Below are positions 16,550 to 25,796 of a DNA stretch of 32,000 bases, in pieces (positions within the stretch are counted from its first letter, which is position 1; each line of letters starts with the position of its first letter). Source of the DNA: Brevibacillus fluminis (GTDB taxonomy: Bacteria > Bacillota > Bacilli > Brevibacillales > Brevibacillaceae); the NCBI RefSeq assembly GCF_003710825.1, contig NZ_RHHQ01000007.1, positions 391,903 through 423,902 of the forward strand, written 5' to 3'. The notes beneath the pieces were generated by a model that saw nothing but the letters and a program-made list of their open reading frames with translations, was not told where the DNA came from and made no database searches. The position numbers and the translations under genes were made by a program.

Positions 16550-16625
16550 AAAGCTTGTCATATTCGTAGATTTCCCCCCGTATGCTAGTTACTAGAAGAG
16601 TGCTAGTCAGAGGGGGATTTTTTTT

Positions 16626-18002
16626 ATGCAAGCCAAAAAAAGCAACCAAATCACGATTAAACTAGATGGACAGCCTTTGCCCCAAGCAAAACCGAGCCGT
16701 CTGCCTATACAGCCTATCAAACCCGCCCTAGCCGAACAGCAGGAAAAGACACAGCATCAAACCATGCCAGCTTTCGAGGATACGAAAATGCCAGCAAATC
16801 CCGTGCCGGCGCCAGTAGCCATTCCCCATGACGATGACGCCATGCAGCGCCTATCAGCCATCCGGCAAGCCCGGGAAAGCAGAGCAGTAGAAGCTTTCCA
16901 TAAACCGGAGTTGGTGGAAGCTGAAGTCCTTCCGAGTGACATCCGTGTAGCAGAAAACATTGAAACGAACGATATACAGCAAGGGCCGCTGTGGGAGGAA
17001 GAGGACGAGCCGAAACGTGGCAAGGTTGCTGCGTTTTTCGGGAACAAATACCGCGTGCTTTGGAAAAAGCCAGGGATGAAGATGCTGATTACTGTGACAG
17101 GGGCGGTGGTGGTCGGGCTGCATTTCGGGTTCCTCGTCCTCGCTGTGTTCATGAACGAACAGCTATCCCAATCCTATCGAACCGTCCTGGATGGAACGGT
17201 GCAGACGTTGGCGGCAGTTCAGGGAAATGTGCAACAAAATACACAACAGAATGGACAAAGCACCGCGGCTGGGACGCATGCTCCGCCTGTGGCAGGCGAG
17301 GCATCGAAAGGGGCGATAGGAAGCCAGGAGATACAAGTGACGCTGCCTGACCAACGGCTTTTCATCGCGCAGGGCGGTGTGTTCAGCGATCAGAAAGCGG
17401 CTGATCAGGCGATTAAACCGCTTGTTGATAAGCAGCTGCCGCACATGTACTTCGAAGACGGTCAGAAACGTTACCTGTATCTCGCGGCAGCGACGAGCCG
17501 CGACCAAATTCTCGGCCTCGCCAGCCAGTTAAAAGCAATTGGTCAGGATGTTTATATAAAGGAAGTGTCATTTCCAGGAATTAACAAATGGCTGACATTC
17601 CAAGCCCAACCGACGGTAGCGGGTATACAGCCTGCCTCATCGGTCAATCCGGCGGATGCACAAGAGTTTCTGCTCACGGGTTTTGAGCTTGCCCGCACGC
17701 TTGCGGATTGGTCGGGACAGATGATGCGTGACGGCAAGGTGGTGAAGCTACCCGCAGATGCTGATGCCAAGCTGACCGAGCAGCATCGAAAACTGCTCGA
17801 GCAAAAAAAATCTTTTGTCCAAATTATGCCTGAAGCGGCGCATCAAGACCTTGAATCAATGGTGAACGGCATCACCCAAGCGGTGACAGCGTATGCCCAG
17901 GTGAAAAATCCGAACGCGGAATCGTATGCCTGGCAGGCGCAAAAAGGGGTACTCCAATTTGTGGAAAGCTACTTGCAGTTCGTAAAGAAAATACAGCCGT
18001 AA
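16626..18002 (+). CDS. SPOR-domain membrane protein at the spoIIB position
   Basis: There is a P/Q-rich N-terminal region and one TM segment (MLITVTGAVVVGLHFGFLVLAVF). The SPOR-like segment is QRLFIAQGGVFSDQKAADQAIKPLVDKQLPHMYFEDGQKRYLYLAAATSRDQILGLASQLKAIGQDVYIKEV. Its position upstream of maf matches B. subtilis spoIIB. Confidence 0.6.
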   Translation: MQAKKSNQITIKLDGQPLPQAKPSRLPIQPIKPALAEQQEKTQHQTMPAFEDTKMPANPVPAPVAIPHDDDAMQRLSAIRQARESRAVEAFHKPELVEAEVLPSDIRVAENIETNDIQQGPLWEEEDEPKRGKVAAFFGNKYRVLWKKPGMKMLITVTGAVVVGLHFGFLVLAVFMNEQLSQSYRTVLDGTVQTLAAVQGNVQQNTQQNGQSTAAGTHAPPVAGEASKGAIGSQEIQVTLPDQRLFIAQGGVFSDQKAADQAIKPLVDKQLPHMYFEDGQKRYLYLAAATSRDQILGLASQLKAIGQDVYIKEVSFPGINKWLTFQAQPTVAGIQPASSVNPADAQEFLLTGFELARTLADWSGQMMRDGKVVKLPADADAKLTEQHRKLLEQKKSFVQIMPEAAHQDLESMVNGITQAVTAYAQVKNPNAESYAWQAQKGVLQFVESYLQFVKKIQP

Positions 18003-18012
18003 TAATTGATGG

Positions 18013-18045
18013 GACAGACTTTCTTGCATGGAGGTCTGTCTTTCT
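18013..18045 (+). terminator. probable intrinsic terminator after the SPOR-domain gene
   Basis: GACAGACTTTC-ttgcat-GGAGGTCTGTC gives an 11-bp stem with two G-T pairs, followed by TTTCT. Confidence 0.45.
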
Positions 18046-18164
18046 GTAGAGTGGAAAGCAAGAGGATTTAAGGGATTGTTTCGCCATCTGTCATTTGCTA
18101 CACTTATGTGTGGTTGTGATACCATCCAACCTTATGAAAGTAAGGATATAAAGGAAGAGAGAGA

Positions 18165-18407
18165 ATGATCGGGAGAGAGACAGTTACGTTCGTGTTGATT
18201 TTGCTCGCTGGAATGATTGCGGGAAGTATTCTCGGCGATATTTTGGGGGAGTGGCTTCCTTTTTTGAGGGTATCGAAGACTGTGTCATGGTCTCCTTCTC
18301 TGGACCTTGACATTCTGACGTTCAAACTTTCGCTTCAGTTGAAATTCAACTTGGCCAGCATCGCTGGACTCGCATTCGCATTCTGGATTTCACGACGTGT
18401 AAGATAA
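18165..18407 (+). CDS. DUF4321-family small membrane protein
   Basis: 80 aa. FVLILLAGMIAGSILGDILGEWLPFL...LDLDILTFKLSLQLKFNLASIAGLAFAFWISRR matches my recollection of the DUF4321 pattern, which is commonly found just upstream of maf. AAGGAAGAGAG RBS. Confidence 0.7.
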   Translation: MIGRETVTFVLILLAGMIAGSILGDILGEWLPFLRVSKTVSWSPSLDLDILTFKLSLQLKFNLASIAGLAFAFWISRRVR

Positions 18408-18438
18408 TTACTTGCTAGTAAGCTGGGTGGGAACAAAA

Positions 18439-19032
18439 ATGTCAATTCAATCAACGCTTCTTCCGCTCATTTTAGCCTCGGGTTCTCCGCGCCGAAAAGA
18501 GCTGCTTTACGCATTGGGGTTTCCTTTTGTTGTGCAGTCAAGCGATGTGGACGAATCTTGTGACGCCGATTTGGCACCGGAAGCAATTGTAGAAGAGCTG
18601 TCGCTGCGAAAGGCAAATGCCGTGGCAGCAGAAAAGACGAGCGGGCTGGTGCTCGGCTCCGACACGATCGTCGTATTGGACAATCAGGTTCTGGGCAAGC
18701 CGCAGGACGAAGCGGAAGCGTTCCGCATGTTAAAGTCTCTGACTGGTCGCGAGCATGTCGTTTTCAGCGGAGTTGCTTTGGTGGACGCAGCAAGCGGACG
18801 GCATGAAGTGGCGCACAGCTCAACGAAAGTACGGATGCGGCCGATGTCAGATGAGGAGATTCTCGCTTACATCGCGACAAAGGAACCGATGGACAAGGCA
18901 GGAGCCTATGCCATCCAAGGAATTGGAGCAACCATCGTCGAGGGTATCGTCGGCGATTATTTTACGGTTGTGGGATTGCCTCTTGCATTGACGGCAGACT
19001 TGCTCAAGCGATTTGATTTGCATGTCCTGTAG
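18439..19032 (+). CDS. maf: Maf-like nucleoside triphosphate pyrophosphatase / septum formation protein
   Basis: ORF 18412..19032. The preferred start is ATG 18439. Contains LILASGSPRRKELL, GSDTIV and GAYAIQG motifs. Confidence 0.9.
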   Translation: MSIQSTLLPLILASGSPRRKELLYALGFPFVVQSSDVDESCDADLAPEAIVEELSLRKANAVAAEKTSGLVLGSDTIVVLDNQVLGKPQDEAEAFRMLKSLTGREHVVFSGVALVDAASGRHEVAHSSTKVRMRPMSDEEILAYIATKEPMDKAGAYAIQGIGATIVEGIVGDYFTVVGLPLALTADLLKRFDLHVL

Positions 19033-19106
19033 CGGATGATCCGACTGCCTAGACCTTCTTCTTTAGAAAAATCACCGCAACGAAAGAAGAAGCGGAGGGC
19101 AGAAAA

Positions 19107-19808
19107 ATGAGTAACGCAAATGTGTGCAACAATTGGGGGAGCAATTACGTCTTTATAGAAGAGCGTCCACGCGAGCGTTTGCTTCGTTTGGGTGCTCAAG
19201 CCCTTTCAGAGGCGGAATTGCTCGCAATATTGCTGCGAACAGGCACAGAAAAAGAGAATTCCTATCAGCTTTCTATTCGCCTGTTGTCTTCATTTCACGA
19301 TTTGCGCGGGCTCTCACAGGCTTCTTATGATGAACTGGTCAGGATCAAGGGAATTGGACCGGTTAAAGCAATTGAATTGCAGGCCGCGTTTGAGTTAGGT
19401 CGTCGGCAAATGGGAAATATAGTTGGTAAACGTCCGGTCATTCGTTTACCCAGAGACGTAGCCGACTTGATGATGCCGCAGATGTCGATGCTCACGCAAG
19501 AGCATTTTGTCTGTCTGTTTCTCAATACGAAAAATCAAGTGATTGGCAAACAAACGGTATTTGTGGGCAGTCTGGACGCTTCGATCGTACACCCGCGTGA
19601 AGTCTTCAAAGAAGCGATTAAGCGTAGCAGTGCTTCCGTCATCTGTTTACATAATCATCCGAGCGGTGATCCGACACCGAGCCGCGAGGATATTGCTGTA
19701 ACGAAGACACTAGTGGGAGCAGGGGACTTGGTGGGCATATCAGTGCTCGACCATGTCATCATTGGTGATGGTAAGTACATCAGTTTGAAAGAGCAAGGCT
19801 ATTTGTAA
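19107..19808 (+). CDS. radC: RadC-family JAB-domain protein
   Basis: RPRERLLRLGAQALSEAELLAILLRTG (HhH region) and the JAMM motif HNHPSGDPTPSREDI. GGAGGG RBS. Confidence 0.9.
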   Translation: MSNANVCNNWGSNYVFIEERPRERLLRLGAQALSEAELLAILLRTGTEKENSYQLSIRLLSSFHDLRGLSQASYDELVRIKGIGPVKAIELQAAFELGRRQMGNIVGKRPVIRLPRDVADLMMPQMSMLTQEHFVCLFLNTKNQVIGKQTVFVGSLDASIVHPREVFKEAIKRSSASVICLHNHPSGDPTPSREDIAVTKTLVGAGDLVGISVLDHVIIGDGKYISLKEQGYL

Positions 19809-19872
19809 GGATTAATTCGTTAGAAAGAGCAAGATTCGTTCTTGCTTGCGAACATACGGAAGGAGATTTTTT

Positions 19873-20916
19873 ATGTTTGGTGGTTTCGCACGCGACCTGG
19901 GCATCGACCTGGGTACAGCCAATACGCTTGTTTATATTAAAGGAAAAGGGATTGTTGTCCGTGAGCCGTCCGTCGTGGCGATTCGGACCGATACGAATAC
20001 GATCGAAGCGGTGGGGAATGCCGCTAAAAACATGATCGGTCGTACGCCAGGCAATATCGTGGCTGTCCGCCCGATGAAGGATGGGGTCATTGCCGATTTT
20101 GAAACAACTGCGACAATGATGCGCTATTTCATTCATCAGGCGCAAAAAAACCAAGGCTTGTTCAGCCGTCGTCCCAGCGTGATGGTTTGTGTTCCTTCCG
20201 GCATTACCGCAGTAGAAAAGCGTGCGGTTGAGGATGCGACCAAGCAAGCAGGAGCGAAAGAAGCGTTTACGATCGAAGAGCCGTTTGCAGCCGCAATCGG
20301 TGCTGATTTGCCGGTTTGGGAGCCAACAGGAAGCATGGTTGTCGACATCGGAGGAGGTACGACCGAGGTTGCGATCATTTCGCTCGGCGGGATCGTAACC
20401 AGCCGTTCGATTCGTGTAGCAGGTGATGAAATGGATGAAGCGATCATCCAGTATATCAAACGCCGTTACAACCTGATGATCGGTGAGCGCACTGCGGAGA
20501 CGTTGAAGCTCGAAATCGGTTCAGCAATTGCACCGGAAGAAGAAGAGTCTGTCGATATTCGCGGACGCGACCTCGTAACCGGATTGCCGAAAACAATCAG
20601 CGTGACGAGCGAGGAAATTGCTTCCGCTTTGTCCGAAACCGTAGTATCCATTGTTGAAGCAGTGAAGATCACACTGGAAAAAAGTCCGCCTGAGCTTGCT
20701 GCAGACATTATGGACCGCGGAATCGTGTTGACCGGTGGTGGTGCACTTCTGCGCAACCTGGATCGTTTGCTCAGCAAAGAGACCGGGATGCCCGTTCACG
20801 TTGCCGAAAATGCGCTTGACTGCGTAGCAATCGGTACCGGACGAGCACTGGATAATATGCATCTGTTCAAGTCGAAGCATGGTATTACCTCTTCCCGTTC
20901 CAAACGGGGCCGGTAA
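19873..20916 (+). CDS. mreB: rod-shape-determining actin homologue MreB
   Basis: ATG 19873 follows GGAAGGAG. The N-terminus [36 protein letters not shown] is canonical MreB. Confidence 0.95.
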   Translation: MFGGFARDLGIDLGTANTLVYIKGKGIVVREPSVVAIRTDTNTIEAVGNAAKNMIGRTPGNIVAVRPMKDGVIADFETTATMMRYFIHQAQKNQGLFSRRPSVMVCVPSGITAVEKRAVEDATKQAGAKEAFTIEEPFAAAIGADLPVWEPTGSMVVDIGGGTTEVAIISLGGIVTSRSIRVAGDEMDEAIIQYIKRRYNLMIGERTAETLKLEIGSAIAPEEEESVDIRGRDLVTGLPKTISVTSEEIASALSETVVSIVEAVKITLEKSPPELAADIMDRGIVLTGGGALLRNLDRLLSKETGMPVHVAENALDCVAIGTGRALDNMHLFKSKHGITSSRSKRGR

Positions 20917-20928
20917 GAAGGCGGTGGC

Positions 20929-21912
20929 ATGTTGTTCTTTGGAAACAAACGATTAATGGTAGTGCTTGTCGGGCTCGTGCTGCTCATTTCCGTCATGGGT
21001 TTTACCTCCAAGACGCGCGGAGCGTTGACGTGGCCTGAGAAGTTTTTAAAGGATACATTCAGCGTGGTGCAGGGCATTTTTTACGGCCCTGCCCAGGCTT
21101 TTTCCACTTTTTTTGAAGATGTCGGTGATGCCTATAACGTCTATGAAGAAAACCGGGCATTGAAAGCCAGCCTTGACCAATATGCGCAAGTCACTGCCAA
21201 GCTTGCTGTCCTCGAAGCGGAAAATGATGAATTGCGCAAAACATTGCAGGCGGAAACGTCTACCTTAAAGCAATACCATCTCCGAATTGCGGAGGTTGTT
21301 GCCCGCAGCTCTGATTATTGGAACAATGCAGTGACGATCGACAAAGGGCTCAAGCATGGGATCAAAAAAGACATGGCTGTCGTGACTGCGCAAGGTTTGA
21401 TCGGCCGTGTGCAAAGTGTTTCGAATTTCTCCTCAACTGTGGAGCTTTTGACAAACATTGAGGGTGGCAACCATATCGCTTCTGTCATTTTGGGCAAACA
21501 GGTTGTCAATGGCACGACGGTGTATCAACAGGCGAACGGCGTCATCGAAGAGTACGATCCACGGGAACGCATGTTGATCATGCGCAAAATTCCGCTCAAC
21601 CAAAAAATTGAGGTCAACCAACAGGTGCTGACATCAGGCCTTGGCGGCGTCATTCCGCGCGGCTTGCCGATCGGGATCGTGGCTCGTGTGCAGCCTGATG
21701 ATTACGGCCTGACCCAAACCGCATACATACAGCCAAGCGCGGATTTCGGCAACTTGAATGAGGTCATGGTTGTGGAGCGCGCGTTTGTGACGACGCCAAC
21801 AGGAGAATTGATTCCGTCCTCGCAACTGGATGAGACAGGCAATGTCAAATCACCAGCAGTCGGATCGCAAAAAACTCCCGGTACGAAGTCAAGCAGCGGA
21901 GGCGGACAGTAA
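20929..21912 (+). CDS. mreC: rod-shape-determining protein MreC
   Basis: N-terminal TM segment, coiled coil (LEAENDELRKTLQ), beta-rich core and a G/S-rich tail. It lies between mreB and mreD. Confidence 0.9.
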   Translation: MLFFGNKRLMVVLVGLVLLISVMGFTSKTRGALTWPEKFLKDTFSVVQGIFYGPAQAFSTFFEDVGDAYNVYEENRALKASLDQYAQVTAKLAVLEAENDELRKTLQAETSTLKQYHLRIAEVVARSSDYWNNAVTIDKGLKHGIKKDMAVVTAQGLIGRVQSVSNFSSTVELLTNIEGGNHIASVILGKQVVNGTTVYQQANGVIEEYDPRERMLIMRKIPLNQKIEVNQQVLTSGLGGVIPRGLPIGIVARVQPDDYGLTQTAYIQPSADFGNLNEVMVVERAFVTTPTGELIPSSQLDETGNVKSPAVGSQKTPGTKSSSGGGQ

Positions 21913-22436
21913 TGCCACGTTTTTATTTGAGTGCAACGCTGCTGCTTCTGTTTTTGCTTGAAGGCACCGTCTTTCAAGTGTTTACCCCGCAACGATTTCT
22001 GGAGACAATGACGCTTGTTCCACGCTTTGCTTTGGTCGGTGCCATTTTAGTTTCCTTCTTTTTAGGGAGGCGAGAGGGACTGTTTTATGGCATGGCGCTT
22101 GGCTTCCTCCATGACGTCCTGTTCGGCAATCTGATTGGCGTTTACACGTTATCGATGATGGTAGCGAGTTATTTCGCCGGTTTGATTGTCAAACTGTTCC
22201 ATCGCAGCCCAGCGGTTTTTTTAACGACGATCAGCATTGTTCTGTTCGGCCATGAGTGGCTAGTCTACAGTTTGTTCCGGTTGTTTTCGATTGCGATAGT
22301 CGATGTGCAGTGGGTGTTAACGAAGCAGATCATCCCGAACGTCATCGCCAATGTAATCTTCGCGATCATCGTCTATTGGCCGATGGCAAAACTATGCGAC
22401 AAAGTCCGAGCAAGACGAGAAAAAACGAGTGAGTAG
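21912..22436 (+). CDS. mreD: rod-shape-determining protein MreD
   Basis: 174-aa polytopic membrane protein. Its start overlaps the mreC stop (TAATG). Confidence 0.85.
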   Translation: MPRFYLSATLLLLFLLEGTVFQVFTPQRFLETMTLVPRFALVGAILVSFFLGRREGLFYGMALGFLHDVLFGNLIGVYTLSMMVASYFAGLIVKLFHRSPAVFLTTISIVLFGHEWLVYSLFRLFSIAIVDVQWVLTKQIIPNVIANVIFAIIVYWPMAKLCDKVRARREKTSE

Positions 22437-22467
22437 TGGGAGTATGTGAGAGGAGGAGGATGCGTTG

Positions 22468-24903
22468 ATGGGCGAAAAGAAAGAACACCAATCACATATC
22501 CCAACCCGCTTGAACATCTTGTTCGTCGTCGTGTTTCTGTTTTTCGCGATTATTATCCTTCGACTTGCGTTCGTACAGCTTGTGGAGGGTGAACAATATA
22601 AGCACGATTTGGAGAAATACAGCACGCGTGAACTGCCGATTCCGGCACCGCGTGGACGTATTTTGGATGCGAATGGTGAAGTGTTGGTCGCCAACAAGCC
22701 GGTTTATACCGTGACGTTCGTTGAAGACCAGAATCAATCGATCAACCAAGAACAGGTTGCCGATAAGCTAGCAGGCATTCTGAAAGAAAACGATGAAAAG
22801 CCAGGCACAGACAAGGAATTGGTGAAAAAAGCGCTAGAGTACAAAGCCACGCTTCCTGTCTCTTTTAACGCACAAGATACCGCAAAGCTGATCAGTAGGC
22901 TCGTGCCTTACTTAAACAGCCTCCCAAAGGCGGAGAATGTTGATCGGCTGAACGATTCGGATTTGATCAAGACGGCGTTGAAAATCAACCAGACCGTCCG
23001 CTCTCCGCTTGACGGTGACGGGCGGGAAAAATTGAAAAGCCAAGTCAAAGCGGCATGGAAAACAAATGCTCCCGCGACCGATTTGCAGGATGTTATGGAC
23101 GGGGAACTGATGAAATATGCCATCCAATACAACCTGGCAATTCCGGCGCGTCTCGATGACAAGGATCGGGAAAATTTGGCCAAGGAAGTAAAGGCAGGGC
23201 TGCGCTTGTTGCCAGAGCCTGCGAATCTCAAAGAGCGTTCCGACATGGACCTGCTCAAATACGCTGCGATGTTTGATCTCGATGTACCGCTTAATCTGAC
23301 GGAAGAGCAGCGACTCTTTCAATGGCGCAAGATGGGGATTTTAAAGGAAATGCGGTCTTATGGCATCGCAAGCTATATCCCGCGTCGCGTCAAAGTGAAC
23401 ATCTCGCATGAGGAAATGTACCAGATTGAAGAGCGCCGCTCTGAGCTGCCCGGGATTAACGTCATTTTGGAGCCGCTGCGAGAGATTCACAAGGATCCGG
23501 ACGGAACAGGATTCGGCACGCATTTTCTCGGCTACATTAAGCCGATCCGCCCCGAAATGCTGACTGAGTACGTTGCGCAAGGCTATTCGCGGACGGACAT
23601 GGTTGGCGAGACAGGACTGGAGCGTTTTTATGAGCGCACGTTGCGCGGTAAAGATGGCGCCAGCGAAGTGCATGTGAATAAAGATTCGCAGACGGTCGAG
23701 AAAAGGCAAAAACGTGATCCAGAGCCGGGGAATGACTTGGTGCTTGCGTTGGATTGGAAGTTCCAAAGCAAGGTGGAGAGCATCTTAATGAATCATATCG
23801 AGGACTTGAAAAAGCGCCCATCCACCCCAAAAGAGCTGCGCGATGCGCATGTCCTGGTGATGAATCCGACGAACGGGGAAATACTGGCGATGGCCAGCTA
23901 TCCAGATTATGACCTGAACCTTTATTACGACCAAGAAGAATTCAACAAGCAATGGAAGACATTGATTTTGCCAAACGAGCTGAACCATTTCATCGGCTCT
24001 TCCTATCCGCCAGCGTCAACCTACAAGCCCTTGTCCGTTATGATGGCACTGCAGGAAGGATTGACGACGCCGGGTGAAACGGTCATGGACCGGGGCGGCT
24101 TGAAGGTCGGGAACGTGTTCATGCGTAACTGGAAAGCGGGCGGACACGGTCCGGTCAATGCGCGCCGTGCCTTGCAGGTTTCCAATAACACGTACATGTA
24201 CACGATGGCGGTCCGGCTTGCTGACCGCGCGATGAACAACAACATAAGCTATACCACACAGTTTTCGGTTCTCGATTACTACAATGCGCAATTCGGCCTC
24301 GGTGTGAAAACGGGTGTCGATTTGCCTTATGAAAGCGCAGGCTGGCCGAATCCCAACAATTATTACGGCAACCTCGCGCACGCGCTGATCGGGCAGTACG
24401 ACCTCTTCACGCCGATGCAGATGGGCCAATATGTTTCAGCCATCGCAAATGGCGGCTATCGGATACGTCCGCATCTGGTCAAAGAAATTCGCAAAGGGAC
24501 CACCGATCTGAAAAAGCCGGGACAGACGTTGACGATTATGGAAACGGAAGTGTTAAACCGCGTGCAGATCGATCCACAATGGATCAAGGTCGTGCAAGAA
24601 GGGATGCACATGGTGACACAGCCGGGTGGTACCGCTTCCGGCACGTTCAGAGGCTTGCCGTTTGAAGTGGCAGCTAAAACAGGGACCGCCCAGTTAGGGA
24701 AAAAGGCGGAGAATGCGCTGATGGTCGGCTACGCGCCTTATCAAAATCCACAATTGGCTTTTGTCGTACTAGTGCCTAACTCCATTAAGGATGGCGGGCA
24801 CAGCTCTGATGCATCCGGTCCGATTGCGCGCAAAATTTTAGAGGCTTACAACGAGATGTACCCTGGAAAATTGACGCCGGCACCAGTCGTGCCTTCTCCC
24901 TAA
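22468..24903 (+). CDS. mrdA: class B penicillin-binding protein (PBP2-type elongation transpeptidase) with an expanded head region
   Basis: ATG 22468 lies 7 nt after AGGAGGAGGA. N-terminal TM segment. RGRILDANGEVLVANKP. Transpeptidase motifs STYK, SNN and KTGTA. At 811 aa it is longer than I recall for typical PBP2s (recollection only, nothing measured here). Confidence 0.9.
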   Translation: MGEKKEHQSHIPTRLNILFVVVFLFFAIIILRLAFVQLVEGEQYKHDLEKYSTRELPIPAPRGRILDANGEVLVANKPVYTVTFVEDQNQSINQEQVADKLAGILKENDEKPGTDKELVKKALEYKATLPVSFNAQDTAKLISRLVPYLNSLPKAENVDRLNDSDLIKTALKINQTVRSPLDGDGREKLKSQVKAAWKTNAPATDLQDVMDGELMKYAIQYNLAIPARLDDKDRENLAKEVKAGLRLLPEPANLKERSDMDLLKYAAMFDLDVPLNLTEEQRLFQWRKMGILKEMRSYGIASYIPRRVKVNISHEEMYQIEERRSELPGINVILEPLREIHKDPDGTGFGTHFLGYIKPIRPEMLTEYVAQGYSRTDMVGETGLERFYERTLRGKDGASEVHVNKDSQTVEKRQKRDPEPGNDLVLALDWKFQSKVESILMNHIEDLKKRPSTPKELRDAHVLVMNPTNGEILAMASYPDYDLNLYYDQEEFNKQWKTLILPNELNHFIGSSYPPASTYKPLSVMMALQEGLTTPGETVMDRGGLKVGNVFMRNWKAGGHGPVNARRALQVSNNTYMYTMAVRLADRAMNNNISYTTQFSVLDYYNAQFGLGVKTGVDLPYESAGWPNPNNYYGNLAHALIGQYDLFTPMQMGQYVSAIANGGYRIRPHLVKEIRKGTTDLKKPGQTLTIMETEVLNRVQIDPQWIKVVQEGMHMVTQPGGTASGTFRGLPFEVAAKTGTAQLGKKAENALMVGYAPYQNPQLAFVVLVPNSIKDGGHSSDASGPIARKILEAYNEMYPGKLTPAPVVPSP
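22810..23385 (+). repeat. four tandem 48-codon repeats inside the PBP2 gene (diverged at nucleotide level)
   Basis: The units start at Asp116, Asp164, Asp212 and Asp260 of the 812-aa ORF (nt 22810, 22954, 23098, 23242). They read DKELVKKALEYKATLPVSF..., DSDLIKTALKINQTVRSPL..., DGELMKYAIQYNLAIPARL... and DMDLLKYAAMFDLDVPLNL.... Confidence 0.7.
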
Positions 24904-24999
24904 CAAAAGAAATAACGACGGATTTCGCCAAAATTTTCCCATTGAGCAGGAAAGTATTTGGGGATTGGCGAATGGTATCGTTTGAGGTGAACGGCGACA

Positions 25000-25668
25000 A
25001 TGACTGCAACAAAGCAAAAGGTTACCATTAAAGGCAGAAAAGACGGCCTGGTCTTCTTCATGGATGATAGTTGTTCATTCGAAGAGCTAATGGCTGACCT
25101 GCGTGAAAAAATAGAGCATAGTCACAATCAGATCTTGTCTGGCCCGTTGATCCGCGTCACTATTCAGTTGGGGAAGCGCTATTGCTCGCCCGAGCAGATG
25201 GAGCAGCTGACACAGGTCATTCGGCAAAAAGGCAATCTGGTCATTCATACAATTGACTCTGACGTAATCTCCAAGGAAGAGGCGTATGCCGAGATGTTGA
25301 AGGCGCGCTTTTCTTTGGAGGTCCGCAACGTCCGCAACGGACAGGTCATTCACTTTGATGGCGATCTTTTGCTGCTTGGAGATGTAAATCCAGGCGCGAT
25401 GATTACCAGCACGGGAAGTATTTTTGTATTGGGCCATCTCCGAGGAATTGCTCATGCCGGCGTAAATGGTGATAAGCAAGCGATCATTGCTGCCGCCTCC
25501 CTAGAACCGACGCAATTGCGGATCGCTGATGTGATCAGCAGGCCAGGTGAGGAATGGGCGGAACAAAAAGGGACGACCGAGTTCGCCTATTTGGAAGAAG
25601 ATAAAATGATCGTCGCCAAAATGAATCATTTGATGCGCGTTCGCCCTGAATTAGGGGATAAACGGTGA
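25000..25668 (+). CDS. minC: septum site-determining protein MinC
   Basis: KVTIKGRKDGLVFFMDDSCSFEELMADL and the C-terminal GDLLLLGDVNPGAMITSTGSIFVLGHLRGIAHAG closely resemble B. subtilis MinC. Confidence 0.9.
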   Translation: MTATKQKVTIKGRKDGLVFFMDDSCSFEELMADLREKIEHSHNQILSGPLIRVTIQLGKRYCSPEQMEQLTQVIRQKGNLVIHTIDSDVISKEEAYAEMLKARFSLEVRNVRNGQVIHFDGDLLLLGDVNPGAMITSTGSIFVLGHLRGIAHAGVNGDKQAIIAAASLEPTQLRIADVISRPGEEWAEQKGTTEFAYLEEDKMIVAKMNHLMRVRPELGDKR

Positions 25669-25796
25669 AGAGCCGGTTGCCCTGTGTAACAGAGCGAAAC
25701 TGCTGATAAACGAGACTACATCGATATGTTTGTAAAGGGTAGCACAGGCACCCTTGCAAACAGAGGCATGAGGCATGAAGAAAGTGGGGATGCGAT

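Noticed and set aside
19055-19092. A 10-bp inverted repeat CTTCTTCTTT...AAAGAAGAAG lies between maf and radC. A 7-bp hairpin AGCAAGA-ttcgt-TCTTGCT lies at 19828-19846 before mreB.
   Set aside because: Neither is followed by a U-tract, so they are not convincing terminators. The purine/pyrimidine-tract arms are low-complexity. They may be mRNA processing or stability elements, but this cannot be judged from sequence alone.
25669-25796. The 128-nt minC-minD spacer contains a 29-codon ORF from ATG 25726 and a hairpin AAGGGT-agcacaggc-ACCCTT (25735-25755).
   Set aside because: The ORF has no RBS and runs out of frame into minD. The hairpin is only 6 bp and has no T-tract. The evidence is insufficient for a gene, terminator or riboswitch.
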